A DNA stretch of 64,000 bases, from assembly GCA_040437565.1 (NCBI GenBank), contig JBDOQK010000032.1, positions 248,001 through 312,000 on the forward strand. The letters run 5' to 3'. This document shows, in pieces, positions 48,211 to 60,526 of this stretch (position 1 is the first letter of the stretch; each line of letters opens with the position of its first letter). The notes under the pieces were generated by a model that was given only the letters and a program-made list of their open reading frames with translations, had not been told where the DNA came from and did no database searches. The translations under genes and the position numbers were made by a program. Source of the stretch: Albugo candida (lineage: Eukaryota).

Positions 48211-49236
48211 CTAGCAGATCACACATCGATAACCTTTAGTTGAAGTGCTCACCTCACGATCCGGTTGACGACCAGGAAAGATTTGGTACGTTTTAGTGAC
48301 ACCTTGGGTATTGATATTGATGGTGCAAATATCCAATAATAGAACGCCAATAACCCAATTTCGATCATTGATTGGGACGAACTCGCTAAAACGAATCACG
48401 CGGGCATTCCGTTTAATGAGAAATTGAGGTCCGTCTTGTCCGTCCGATGATTCTCTCTCAAAATCTATTTGACCGAGTTCTAAATTTTGATCAGGTAGAT
48501 CGTGCTGAATTTTCTGAATCTGTCCATATACTTCTTCTGGAATCTTAATCCGATGGTTGCCGAATTGAACGGCGATTTTCTGATTAGAAAAAGACTTATC
48601 GCCGTATTTAATTTCAGTGCAAGTCAATGGGCCCGGTCTGAACTTGCTGCCATCTGTGAACTGCATACGCTCTACAGCATATTCAGATATAGAGCTTGAG
48701 TGCTTTGTTGAGAAAGAATAGACTCCTTTTTGAGCCAAGTCTATAAAATCGTCAGGATTGAGTGCAAGTCTTCCAGATTGCATGCGGTTGAGCTTTGCAG
48801 AATAGTGCAACTTTTCCACTTTTGACAAATTGATTTCCCAGCATCCTGATGTATGGATTAAGTTCACACCTTCACGATGTTCCTTGCTTGCTGGTTTATA
48901 GTAAGAGATCCCTTCGACCACAACAGATTCACGTCTTTGGCAGATTTTATAAGTAAAGTACCCGTTATCTACAAAATTTCCAACTTCAATGCCAGGAAGG
49001 CAGCGTTGAAGTGTTTCATCAACATCGTTCGAACCATCCAAATAAAATGCCATTATGAATTTTTTCGGTTCTATTTGCACTATTTCAACCTTCAGCCCCC
49101 ATAGGTTTCGCTTCTTTCCGACGAAATAAGTCTCGAACTTTTCCAATATCATGTAATCACCGCATACAGATTGAAGATACGCTGCCCATGCCCCAAGGGC
49201 GCCGATACAGTACACTTTGAGCTGAGAGATCTTCAT
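48211..49236 (-). CDS. Intronless secreted protein, candidate effector; C-terminal half resembles a degenerate pepsin-type lobe
   Basis: Signal-peptide-like MKISQLKVYCIGALGAWAAYLQSVCG|D; intact 341-aa ORF inside the repeat-rich zone; ends ...GYRCVIC. Confidence 0.75.
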   Translation of the reverse strand: MKISQLKVYCIGALGAWAAYLQSVCGDYMILEKFETYFVGKKRNLWGLKVEIVQIEPKKFIMAFYLDGSNDVDETLQRCLPGIEVGNFVDNGYFTYKICQRRESVVVEGISYYKPASKEHREGVNLIHTSGCWEINLSKVEKLHYSAKLNRMQSGRLALNPDDFIDLAQKGVYSFSTKHSSSISEYAVERMQFTDGSKFRPGPLTCTEIKYGDKSFSNQKIAVQFGNHRIKIPEEVYGQIQKIQHDLPDQNLELGQIDFERESSDGQDGPQFLIKRNARVIRFSEFVPINDRNWVIGVLLLDICTININTQGVTKTYQIFPGRQPDREVSTSTKGYRCVIC

Positions 49237-49250
49237 CGATGTTTACTGTC

Positions 49251-49272
49251 GTGCGAATTTTGAATAGTGATG
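49251..49272 (-). promoter_or_regulatory. Oomycete INR+FPR-like core promoter of the secreted gene
   Basis: Minus strand CATCACTATTCAAAATTCGCAC, 15-35 nt upstream of the ATG, resembles the YCAYTYY...MWTTTNC consensus. TATATA lies about 45 nt further upstream. Confidence 0.45.
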
Positions 49273-49474
49273 AAGGAGCATTCGATGATTAATATATGTG
49301 AAAGCGCACGGGCTATATACATCCTCCCTCCTAAATTGTGAGTTCTCCGCTGCTTTAATGCGTAGCCAACTCTGGTTTAGGTTCTGTTTTCGAAATATTC
49401 ACAATAAGGTTGCACAGCTCGTTAAGTAGATAAAGTCGGTAACGATTTTGAATTATACTTAGAGACATAGAAGC

Positions 49475-50195
49475 GAGCCTTTGAACATGCAGGTGAGACA
49501 CAGATGTGCACATCGACACATTCGTGCTTTTCCTGCATGTGGACAGCTTTGATGGAACAAATGCGTAATTTGCGCAAGTAAAAGAATAGAATACCTTTCT
49601 AAAAAACATGGAAAGAATCGTACAACATTTTAGAGTTGGGAGGCAAGGTAAACATTTATTTTACGTAGTCATTGCATATATTCTAGATTTGTGGAATTAT
49701 CCATGCGCAAAGTTATTATTACAGTAAAGTTGCACACATTCCTGGGTATATGAATTGGTAACGGTTCCAAAATTATCCGACCGTTCTTTGCGAGGATGAA
49801 AGCGAAGCTTTGAACATGCAAGTGAGAGACAAAGGTGCACAGCAACGTACTCGGGTTTTCTAAGAGGGGATATTGACGGTCACGGGCTCATGATAGGAAA
49901 GGTAGTTGAAAAAGCAGCTAACAGTGTAATGATATCCTTGACAATCTAAGAGCGGATAACTTTGATGTAACAAAATGCGTATTAGCATAAGTAACAAAAT
50001 AAAGAGTTCCCTTTCTGAGAACATGGAAAGATGTTTACAACATTCTAGATGTGGGAGGTAACGTAAGCATTCCCCTTACCTAATCATTACATGTATTCTA
50101 AAAAAATTGCGAATAGTTATGCGCAACGTTATTCTTATACCAGGGTTACACACATTCCTGAGTATATAAATTGTTAACGATTCCAAATTTTTGGA
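49475..50195. repeat. Old diverged tandem duplication (about 330-420 bp units) upstream of the secreted gene
   Basis: Blocks TTGAACATGCA.GTGAGA, ACATGGAAAGA..TACAACATT.TAGA..GGGAGG and CACACATTCCTG.GTATAT.AATTG.TAACG.TTCCAAA occur twice in the same order. Confidence 0.75.
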
Positions 50196-52453
50196 AGCTT
50201 GAATGCAATAGGCTGAAATAAACATATACGAGCACTTTAATGAGAAAACGAATACTTTCATGATTATAAGTTTAACAATCTCAAGTAACAAATTGATTTA
50301 GCCGCCAGCAATGTGCTCCTCTATTCAAATCTTTGCTTACTTGCAGTAAGGTACGAAGGAAGAGATCAGTATGCATGTGTCTCTGAACAATCGATCATAG
50401 ATGCATCTACTCCTATCTCTGAGTCAGGCAAACGCAAATGTAACAAGGCCACCAAGAATAAGTCGAATCGACTTACTATTCAGGAGCACTTGTGAAAACA
50501 TCTGACTAGGCTTTCAACATCGATCGATCTTGTTTACAGTGCACAAAAGAGGTACGATGAAGCCTGCCGTGAGATTGTAAGGTCATGTCGTTCATATATG
50601 CCCTTTTTTTTATCAATTCCCGAGCATAGCGTACTATATAAAAGCACTGATATTTAGCAGTTGCGTTGCGATCAGTAGTTCTGAACTGAATTGAATGACA
50701 TGGTCTATTCTCCCCGTCTTTCGTTCGACTGCGGGCCACACCTTTGCTAGCTTAGCGATGTCTTTGACCATGAAACTGGGCACGTGAAGACTTTGACTGT
50801 GAACCATCACTCCATCACTCTAGCTTTATCTATATCTCATAGTTCCGTGACTTTTGATTGAGCAAGAGCGCAACAGAATTACTGTGGAGATTGAAACGCG
50901 CATATTGTAGAGGTCCGCACTTTGATTTGGTCGTGACATTCACCTTTGCGCACTGTCCAGCAGACTATAATCGTCCCTATCGAACGTTATGCTCTCCATC
51001 AAAGCACGCCAGTAATCTGAATTTGCTAAATCGTCGTTGCACAACTACTAATACCATTGGATTCAATGAGTGAACGATTGCATTCTACGTGAGATAAACG
51101 GGCAAAATTTTCAAGAGAAATTGAACGAAGACTCATTACTCTTTATTATACTCAGTGAAGTTCTGTAAACATGTTTGCGGCGAGTTGACTCGAAAAAACT
51201 CGATTAGCATTGATGTCTATCACAACTTTAGTGGTCGGTACATCGGTCGTCAAGTAATGGTCCTTCACTTTCATGGTAGAGATCGCGACTTCACAATCAC
51301 AAATTTGAATCTTCTATATGCGCCGCGGTGGGTGTCACAGAAAATTTGTTCCGGTAGACTGTGTATCCAGTACGTATTTGCATCTCCACTTTCATATTGC
51401 ATTGAATTCAATGGGAACATTTATAAGCCGTGAATTTGGCTCAGGACAGTATATCCTCATACCTGTTCGAAAGGCTACGAGTAGTCTTATAAAGTCTCTC
51501 TAAGATCTTGATACCTTACTATAGGATGGATGAAATTACCACAGTAACAATAGTTTACACATTCGCTCGCTAGGTTGACTTTGTGTTGGACTTGCTGGTC
51601 TTTTACGTTTGATATCCTCTCTACAGAAGTATAATGCAACTAGTTGCTGTTTGTCAGGAAATGCCGCCTTACTTCTCGATGATGGACGCAGCGAGGAATG
51701 TTACTCGTCTGCTTAGCATGTACCCTTACAAAATCACGAATACCCAAGAACAAACTGTGAACCTAACTTTATAGACTCATTGATTCCACACAAAAAGTCA
51801 ATGACATTCGCGTCACAAAGCTGCAAAATTCTCACGAACACAGCCAAAGCGCCACAAAAATGATAAAAAAGCGACATGGTTCCCGTTTCTTGCAAAATGG
51901 CTCGATTCAGTCGTCTTTTTCATTTGTTATGTACTCAAACAGTGTTCTGTAGCGCGTGCGGGCCAACTTAGACGACGCATCACTCAAGCGTCAATCTTTT
52001 GTGAATAAGGGTTGCGAAGGATTTAAGATCGCGCAAGGAAATAAGACACAAAAGAAGATGCCAAAAGTAACGGTAACAGGGATCTCCCAGTTGCATCGTT
52101 TGGCCAAACACAGCTCAGAAGTGAAGTACCCACTGAAAAAAAACTCTGAAAACACAAACCTGCGATTTACTCGATGTGCCCAACATTGAGCGGCATTCTA
52201 AGACCCACCCGAAGAAGTTCGGCCTACCTGAGGGCACCAATTTTCGCACAACGATCGATTACGTCTTGCATTTAATAGGCTTCCCTCTTCTTCTTACAAT
52301 TTGAACTTGAGTCTGGAGGAAGTAAAGCCAGTCGTAGGAACAACAAAAAATGAGTTATACTTTTGCGTCGTAAGCAATTACAATACTTTACAGGAAATAA
52401 CACATTTTTATTGAGGGTGTGATATTGCCACAGACGTTTTGACTATTGCCATA

Positions 52454-53721
52454 TAGTGCAGGACATCTATAACCATCAACTATTTTTGGGGTCGTTCGAA
52501 CTGTATCACAGCCAGCAGAATTTAGTTTGATCAAAATCTGGCTCTGTCACAGGGAACTAGAGATAGAAAGCTATAAGATCAGAGAGCAGATTTATGTTTG
52601 GCCTATTTTTGGCGAAGATATGGGATTATTAAAACCGAGAGATTTAAAGGGATTTGCCTCAAGCAGCATGATTTTGGCCGGCCCAAAAATGAACCCCAAA
52701 AATAGGATAGCCAATCAGAGGACACCAAATCTCACATTATAGCCAATCCAATTACTCAACGTCAAGCTAATCAACAACGTATATATTCACTTAGCACCTG
52801 TATAAACAGTCGATCCCCGTTGCAATTTAATTACAGATACAGTTTTTTTTAAGATCAATTCATTCATTGATTGCCCCAATGACGTTGATGTCCATCATGA
52901 TAGAGTTGGAAACTCGACGGTGGGATCGGTATTTCTTCACGACGTATTCAGCAGCCTTCCCCGTCAAATCCTTCCGATATACATCCATGTATCGAAAAAA
53001 TTTCTGTGCATGGCGTCGAATGGTTTTGAGGGGGACGGATTCCAGAGCCTTAGGAACTGTGCTAACCAGGCCTTTCCAGCTATAGTCGCAGTTTTTGCGA
53101 GCATAAACCTTGGCAGCACCCCAGAAGTTCTCAATGAAGGTTAACTCACAGTGAAACTTTGCATAAAATATTATCATGTGTCCAGCAGCAACGATTAGTT
53201 CTTCCAACATGCATTTCTGCTCCATGAAGCCATGTTCGTGGTCAATCGTATTTCTTGCACAGCACATTGTTGAGCCAAGGTACGTGTCATTGCAACGGAG
53301 GCACATTCCATCTTTCCACAGTCCTCTCTCAGTTAGAACCACTTCAATCCCTTTGGCAACCCTGAAAGAGATAGAAGGGTTAAAACATGATTCAATGGAT
53401 AGCATTTCAGCCCAATCGCTCTTTCACCTCCAAGTGTAACATCAGGATGAGTTTGAGGGAAACACATTGGATGAATTGAGCCATCATTCATTCTCCCATT
53501 GCGCATCTTCGGCTGTTTCCCACCTGATCCCAAACTCATTCTTTTCCCGACAAGGGCATCAGTAGCAAATGCAGCATGACTTGCAGATTTGTGAAATGCA
53601 AAGAGGGCTTTGGATGTGGGGTACTGTGCCTCAAAGATTGGAATTGCACGATCTCTCACCTGTTTGAAAAGATCTTCACAAGTCCACCACCCATCATAAT
53701 TCTTGCCAGTATGCATAATAA
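52454..53721 (-). mobile_element. Second member of the same DDE transposon family (3' half; truncated by the N gap)
   Basis: GKNYDGWW, AIPIFE, FYAKFHCELTFIENFWGAAK.YAR.NCDYS, YRSHRRV; related TIR TA|TAGTGCAGGACATCTATAACC at 52452. Confidence 0.85.
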
Positions 53722-53821
53722 NNNNNNNNNNNNNNNNNNNNNNNNNNNNNNNNNNNNNNNNNNNNNNNNNNNNNNNNNNNNNNNNNNNNNNNNNNNNNNN
53801 NNNNNNNNNNNNNNNNNNNNN

Positions 53822-53990
53822 GTGATGACTCATGAGGGTTGCCACGTCACTACAAGCGGACGCTAGCACCCTGAATTGTGTCGATATGTCGACTTGAATC
53901 ATTGTTTTCGAGAGGAAGTAGTTGAAAAAAGTTGTTTTTTCGAGTTGTTATTACTAAATTGGCTGGTTACTTAGTAGCCGGCAAATTGAG
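53822..53990 (-). mobile_element. 5' end fragment of the LINE-like family seen at 38430-38600
   Basis: Near-identical to 38430-38600 (M.QVDISTQ.RVLA..C.DVATL.SH plus upstream UTR). Confidence 0.7.
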
Positions 53991-56932
53991 AAGTGAAGCT
54001 TCAATAAAAACAACCTATACCAGGTTGCATTTATCCCCGATTAATTTTTTATGGAATACCTCTAGCCAGCAATCACAGCGGCAACCAGAAAAAAAGTTGA
54101 TTCAATGTGTCAATGAACGATAGCGAGGCAAGCTCGAAATGGCAAATATTGAATATTGGAAGCCTTCCAACCCAGTCTGGTCGACTGGTCACTATTGTGA
54201 TGGCTAGATATACTGAATCAGAATTCTGTTGTGTATGGGTCTTCTAAATGCAGTAATAATTGCCTCGTTCATAAAAAGTTACGTCCGGATGTGCAAATTT
54301 CTAGAACAGCAACGGCGGACTGCTCTAACATGGCAACTTCCAACTGACAATCCCTTCGAGAGAGAATGTGCAATCGAGATAGACGATGTGAGTGTTCATC
54401 TTAGAATAAGAGTAATCGCAATCTTTCTGTCAACTATTGTCTTGTGAATCTTCTTTCATGCTGTCGATATCTTCATTAGCATCACAAGTTGACATTTGAT
54501 AAAATTACAGAGATCGCATCCTTGCTGGTGTAAATTCCCGTAGACCTGAGGCGACATTCCATTCTATCCTTTTTTTCTGATTCGATGGCATCAGCTTCGT
54601 TGTAGAGAACCAACTGTGCTCCATTGAATGATGTTTGACTCGATCAGAAGTTGTTTCCTGTTTTGGATTTGGATGGCCTACATGTAAAGTGGCCGATAGC
54701 TAGAGAACGATGGGTACAAACTTGCAATAATGTCTCGTAGCTCACAAGAATGCTCGATATGCAGCCTACAGTGCAGAACACCAATGCTTTGTGTTTGTTT
54801 GCGAAAAAGACGAGTCCTTCAGGTATGCATCCGGTGGCTTCTAAATGACACTGAGCTCTGTTGACACATTCGCCTCTTACTCGTTTGCCCTTGTTAAGCG
54901 TTGATTAGAGAATATTAGAGAATAATTCGGACGCCACGGAGTAAATGGACTGGGCGCATGATTCATAAACCAAGATTGAACTCGATTGCGTCCAGTCCTG
55001 CGCAATGCGCCGTGCAGTGGCATCGTTGTGGAAGTCACTGCAAATGCCATTTGCGGATCGATTATGACCGCTTATTCTTATAGTCGTTCCGAAGCTTTTT
55101 GGGAGAATATGAAAGTCTTAACACTTTTAAGACATAGTTTGATGACAGCAACAGGTATCTTTTTTCTGTTGAGTTTTTATATTTGAAATTATATCGACGA
55201 TTGGATACACTAATTGTCAACAGTATTTCCTACAATTCTTCTCGAGAACTTATCTCTCATGATGCCATTCCCTCTCATTCAAGTGACTTAGCTTTATTGA
55301 ATCATATACAATGTGGTGGGTGCATGGGCAAAATAGAAGTAACGTATGATGCCGCGCGGAGGCTGTGTCCCTCTACTGAAGCACTTATTCGTGATCAATA
55401 TATACATATGAGCAAAGGCGATTTATTTTTGTGCCTTCTTCCAGTGCCGATCCAGTGGCAGATTGAGTTCCTCTTCCAGTTACACAGCATGCGCGATACC
55501 CGTCATGAATGACTTTGATCATTATATCCCGTGGTATCAGCGATGCTGTGAATCGATTAGGTCTAACTCGAGAACCCGAGAACGAAATTGAGAATGATTA
55601 GAGAATTCGCAGAAAACTGTGTGGTATAATTATCTTGGCCCTTTCAACTTATCCTTACTTGAACTGAACGACTAAAAGTATCAGTAAAAAAGCGAGTGAG
55701 CTGCGCACAACGTGGAGCATCTTCTTCTATGGAGGAGGTAACCCTCCATTTCTCTGATAATAAGTTGAATTCTTGGCAAATTTCTATAAAGAGCTTAATG
55801 ATCATTATACAGTCGTTTTGATCAGCTGGTGAGATGAATTTGATAAGCACTAAAGTACAAGAAAACGCTTACTAAAGTCTTAACACTCATGCTACCAAGC
55901 GAAGCTTGTAGGCGACACATCCGTCGAGGCTACCTTCTCTGCGAACCTTTTTGCTGGCGATAGGAATTTGAAGTGAAAGTCCTAATGCAATTTCTGGCTT
56001 TGATCATAAGCTTTTATCAAAATGGATGTGGGTAATCGATACGAAAGCGCAAAAAATAACATTGATTAGTTGCTCGGTAGCCCATCATGCTGTTATTGAA
56101 AAAGAATCTCAGGGATGTTTGACCAGATATCCAATCGATGCAGATAGCGAGCTTTATAGATTGATCGATGGATAGAATAGGATGGAATAGTGAATTGTGA
56201 GGCAGCAGAGTCTGCACGAGTCATATATTCACACTTGAGCATAGTATTTTGGCAAGCATGTCTGTTGCAATCACATACGAATACAGCTGCTTTGATCTGT
56301 CTTATCTCGATACTTCAAACAAGAAAATCTATCACGATGGTGATTGCGATTCAGTGTAAAGAATAACGCGACAAGAGGAAAGTACATTATCGTATCGAAT
56401 CTTATCCGCTGCGAAGGCCCCAGGGAGGTTAGCTCTCGTCGATAATCATGCATGTGAAGAAGCCATTTCAAACATAAGAAATGTGTGATGCACGCGAGAC
56501 TTCCTTAGAAGAGACTGGTAACAGCATCAGTCAAGGTGCATGATATGAAGTTAACTTATCGAAAGGATGGGAATAGAATAGAAGACTCGAACCACTTCAT
56601 AGTTAGTGAGTTCTTTGTACATTGTAAAAGCCTGTAGGGTCAATGGTCCTGTCAGTCGATGGCAACAGAATCAAATTTCAAAAATAAGGCTTGTGCGAAT
56701 TTCAGCATGATTGATTACTTGGTACAAGCTTACGAATTGATGAAATCAGCTGGTTTTAGTGTACGCTTCAGGTAAAAGAACCCATACAATTTTCACACAT
56801 CAACTGATCCAAAGATACGACCTCTCAGGATCGCGGCCGAACAGTTGGAGTGATACTCACTCGCCGATACAAAACATTTAAAGAGCACTATCGTACATTC
56901 AACGCGATACGAACTTGACTGAAGCACGGAAT

Positions 56933-58342
56933 ATGTTACATGAAGTCGGACGGAATAGCCAGCAGGATATTTGCATATCCAATTCCGTAAAATGTGCGGA
57001 GAGGATAAAGTTCCAGCGTGGAAATAAGTCTCAATATCAGCCAAATGACACAATGTACCAGTATCAAGGAAATAATTCTTTGCACCATTTGAGTGATGCG
57101 ACGATACTACATAGGAGACAACAGAAGGCTCGTACAAAGAGCGCCTCCAGTGCAATGGCAGAAAGAGCCAACGACTTGAAAACACATGAAATTGATTTGA
57201 AAGTTGATTCCAGATCTAAACCGAATGAAGCATTCTTGAACAGAATTTACGATCTTTTGAAGGAACAGGACCAAGAGGAAGGCTTCTTTCACAAAATTTG
57301 CAATGGAGAAAGTCATGAATCGTGTCAGGCCGAAATTTGCAAGCTAGAAGAAAAACTCACAGAACAAAATTCCCGCCTGACGATATTTTCTGAAATAGAA
57401 GCACAACGCCGTGTGGAAATCGATCAGCTAAAGAGAGGCATAATGGCACTACAACAAGATCTAGTTCGACTGATGAGTATTGTTGATGTGCATATACAAG
57501 TTCCAATGAATCAGCTTGCACACTACAATAGCACGGGAGAGCAGAGAAACATGGCGTATGAAGCTCAAGCTGCAAAATTTGCTTTCCATCAGAACCAGTT
57601 GCAGTATTTACAAATGCAACACTACCCGGGACAGGAGTCTGACTCGATATATCATCAGATGAATACTTTACAGAGGGATGAATATCCAGGAAGTACGTTT
57701 TTGAGTGCCAGTGATCCATCAAGAGGTGAAAACGACCCACAACACATGCAGAATGATCTTGGTGTATCAAGTAGTACGAAGCTGTTCAATTCCGAACATA
57801 CCGTACTACCCACCACATCATTATCGCCCCCATCAAAGCGCCTCAAGACATCTGGGAAACTGAACGGAAAACGGGCTTGGACGCCTGAAGAAGATCAAGC
57901 TTTGGCAAGAGCTGTTGAGACTGCCGGGGCAACTGATTGGTCTGCAATATCGCATCTTTTACATGGAAGATGTGGCAAACAATGTCGAGAACGATGGGTA
58001 AATCATCTTTGCCCAAGTGTGAACAAGGAAGCCTGGACAGAGCAAGAGGATGCAATTATCTTCCAAACGCGGGACAAAATTGGAAATCATTGGGCTGACA
58101 TAGCCCGTCTTCTTCCTGGCAGAACAGATAATGCAGTAAAGAACCGCTATTACTCCACTATGCGCCGACGAATGCGGCAGGAACGAAATGCAAAAAGACT
58201 CAATCGAGCTGAAATTGAGACCAGCGATTGCGTCTCCCATGAGCATCTATGCAGAGATTGTCACTCATCACCTTCTTCTCCGGCTTCTTTCGATGAGATA
58301 CCAAGCGATTCAGTAAACTCGGCAAACGCGTCACAATTGTAA
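56933..58342 (+). CDS. R2R3-type MYB transcription factor (start uncertain: 56933 or 57053)
   Basis: KRAWTPEEDQAL...W..I...L.GRCGKQCRERWVNHL.P.VNKEAWTEQED..I......IGNHWADIARLLPGRTDNAVKNRYYS; upstream coiled coil. Confidence 0.93.
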   Translation: MLHEVGRNSQQDICISNSVKCAERIKFQRGNKSQYQPNDTMYQYQGNNSLHHLSDATILHRRQQKARTKSASSAMAERANDLKTHEIDLKVDSRSKPNEAFLNRIYDLLKEQDQEEGFFHKICNGESHESCQAEICKLEEKLTEQNSRLTIFSEIEAQRRVEIDQLKRGIMALQQDLVRLMSIVDVHIQVPMNQLAHYNSTGEQRNMAYEAQAAKFAFHQNQLQYLQMQHYPGQESDSIYHQMNTLQRDEYPGSTFLSASDPSRGENDPQHMQNDLGVSSSTKLFNSEHTVLPTTSLSPPSKRLKTSGKLNGKRAWTPEEDQALARAVETAGATDWSAISHLLHGRCGKQCRERWVNHLCPSVNKEAWTEQEDAIIFQTRDKIGNHWADIARLLPGRTDNAVKNRYYSTMRRRMRQERNAKRLNRAEIETSDCVSHEHLCRDCHSSPSSPASFDEIPSDSVNSANASQL

Positions 58343-58427
58343 TCGGTCATATAAGTAACTGGAGCGAACATTCAACCGGCTCCTACTTTTTGTGGGCACA
58401 CTATTTCGCAATACCAGAGCCGAAATA

Positions 58428-59620
58428 ATGGCCCAACCACATGCGTATCTCGGTCAACTGGAATGTGTCCAAGATACTCTAACGAGCAGCTTTCGAGATG
58501 CAGAGATTTTGATCATGCCGCTTATCCATCTACAGGATATCGTGCGTTCTAAATTAGTACTGCATGTGCTTATACTGATGCTTCTCTACAGATTTTATTC
58601 CCAGGAGATCAACTACCGATGAGAATGCTCACGGACAGCAATTTTCAATCGGTTCGTGACCATATGTCGCGACGAGGTGTTTTGCTTGCAGTCTGTATGG
58701 CAGATCAGGTAATTTTTTTGACTATATAAAGTGTCGTCAGCGTATTTTCACGAGCAGTGAAGGAGGAAGAATCGTATGGAACGACTGTGCGCATTGATAA
58801 GTTTTTGGTACAAGAGCAATGCATCTCGGTGACCGGACTTGCTGTGCAACGATTTCGTCTCGTGGAAGCAAGAATTGGACGCGCTGGAGCTGTACTGGGA
58901 AAGGTTGAGATTTTAGCGGATGAAGGCTCAATGTTGATGCCGATCGATCGTGGATATCGCTTATCCGTAACTTACTGGGACGCCTGGATCTACGATCTCT
59001 ATGACGCATCAAAGCTTGCTCGACGCATTGAAACGCAATTGAACTCTTTCCAGCATTGGAATTGGTTCAGCAAAATTGCCAGAGAAACGAGTCCGCTAGT
59101 GCAGCTTCAAGACTCGCGATCAGTATCCCGGGAAGAAGAATGGACGATCTTGATGAAATTTGCATACTGGATTGCTTCAAACCTACCAGCGGATTTACAA
59201 CAGAGGCTCCAGCTACTAAAGATGAGAAACCTCGTGCATCGTCTACGTTTCGAGCTTCATTTGCTTGTCAACTATCGAGCAATCATTTACTGCGCCAGCT
59301 GTGGTAGTATCGTAGCTAATTCGGAAGACATTTTCAGCTTTGCAGGCTCTGAGACTGTCACTGGTACATTTGTTAACCCAAATGGATTCGTCCATCAAGT
59401 GATGACGCTGCAACGAATCTGCCAGGAATCGACAAGCATAGACAATCTACGATGCACACGTGACAGCTGGTTCCCAGGCTATGCATGGAGCATCATTCAC
59501 TGTCGCTCATGCTTCAATCATCTCGGATGGCAGTTCGATATCATCGATTCTACAGTCGATGAGCTCGCACAGTTTTTTGCATATCGAAGAGGAGCTCTGA
59601 CGTCGAAATTGTCAACTTGA
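58428..59620 (+). CDS. CRBN: Cereblon-like protein (LON N-terminal domain + CULT domain); about 2 introns
   Basis: HAYLG, FPGDQLP, WIASNLP...QRLQLL....RL..EL, CULT CASC...FVNPNGFVH...SWFPGYAW.I..C..C..HLGWQF. Confidence 0.9.
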
Positions 59621-59721
59621 TTTTGGTAAGGACAGACACTGAATGCTACAGAAACAGAATTGATGTTGTATTTCATGGATTTAACCATCGCAATTGATGA
59701 AATTGACTGAGGCAATTCAAG

Positions 59722-60411
59722 TCAATTGTCGGCAACAATCCACGAGTCCAATGCGCGTGAATAATCTTGCACTTGATCCGCGGGGAACCACATTGCAATC
59801 TCATGTTTGGCAGACTCGGGACCATCTGATCCATGAATCAAGTTACGTCCAGTGGAAATACAGTTATCTCCACGTAATGTTCCCGGTGCGGCTTGGTTTG
59901 GATTAGTGGCTCCAAGAATTTTACGACCAGTTGCAATCACATCCGTGCCCTCCCAAACCATGATCACGATAGGACCAGAAGTAAAGTAATTGACGAGACC
60001 TGGGAAAAATGGACGTGATGACAAGTCAGCATAGTGCTCACGCGCGCGTTGTTCGGACGCAGTCATGAATCGCATGGCGACCAATTTGTAGCCTTTTTTT
60101 TCGAAACGAGCAATAACTTCATGGATCAAACCACGCTGTACACCATCCGGTTTGATTGCGATAAATGTGCGTTCATGTTTGGTTCCTGGAATTCCCGTGT
60201 GTGGAACTTGTTCGGAGCTCTTGGAATGTGCTTCATTTGAAACATTCCATGCGATCGAGCCCGCCGTGATGGACGTCAATGCAAGACAAGTTGCGAAGCC
60301 GGTTACTTTAGTAAAAGAAACGCTTTGCGCTGCGGTGCAGTTTGTGCGCAATTGACGCGCGACGTTGTGTTTGAGGACACGTTGGCTGGAACGAAGGGAT
60401 CGAGAGAGCAT
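59722..60411 (-). CDS. NDK: Nucleoside diphosphate kinase, mitochondrial-type (presequence + TM anchor)
   Basis: [38 protein letters not shown]. Confidence 0.96.
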   Translation of the reverse strand: MLSRSLRSSQRVLKHNVARQLRTNCTAAQSVSFTKVTGFATCLALTSITAGSIAWNVSNEAHSKSSEQVPHTGIPGTKHERTFIAIKPDGVQRGLIHEVIARFEKKGYKLVAMRFMTASEQRAREHYADLSSRPFFPGLVNYFTSGPIVIMVWEGTDVIATGRKILGATNPNQAAPGTLRGDNCISTGRNLIHGSDGPESAKHEIAMWFPADQVQDYSRALDSWIVADN

Positions 60412-60526
60412 TTTGATTTGTGGCTTTAAGCGTATAAGTGATATGAAACCTAATACCTGTCACATATACTACCCTCCATTTTCTTATAAATCAACTACCA
60501 AGATTTCCGTGCAATTGCGCGCGCGG

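Noticed and set aside
51125-51503. Possible decayed secreted gene (ACG in place of ATG, ..HVCGE, frameshift)
   Set aside because: The hydrophobic core is weak and no homology is recognisable; too speculative.
54000-56900. Scattered short ORFs
   Set aside because: No motifs or coherent gene structure seen.
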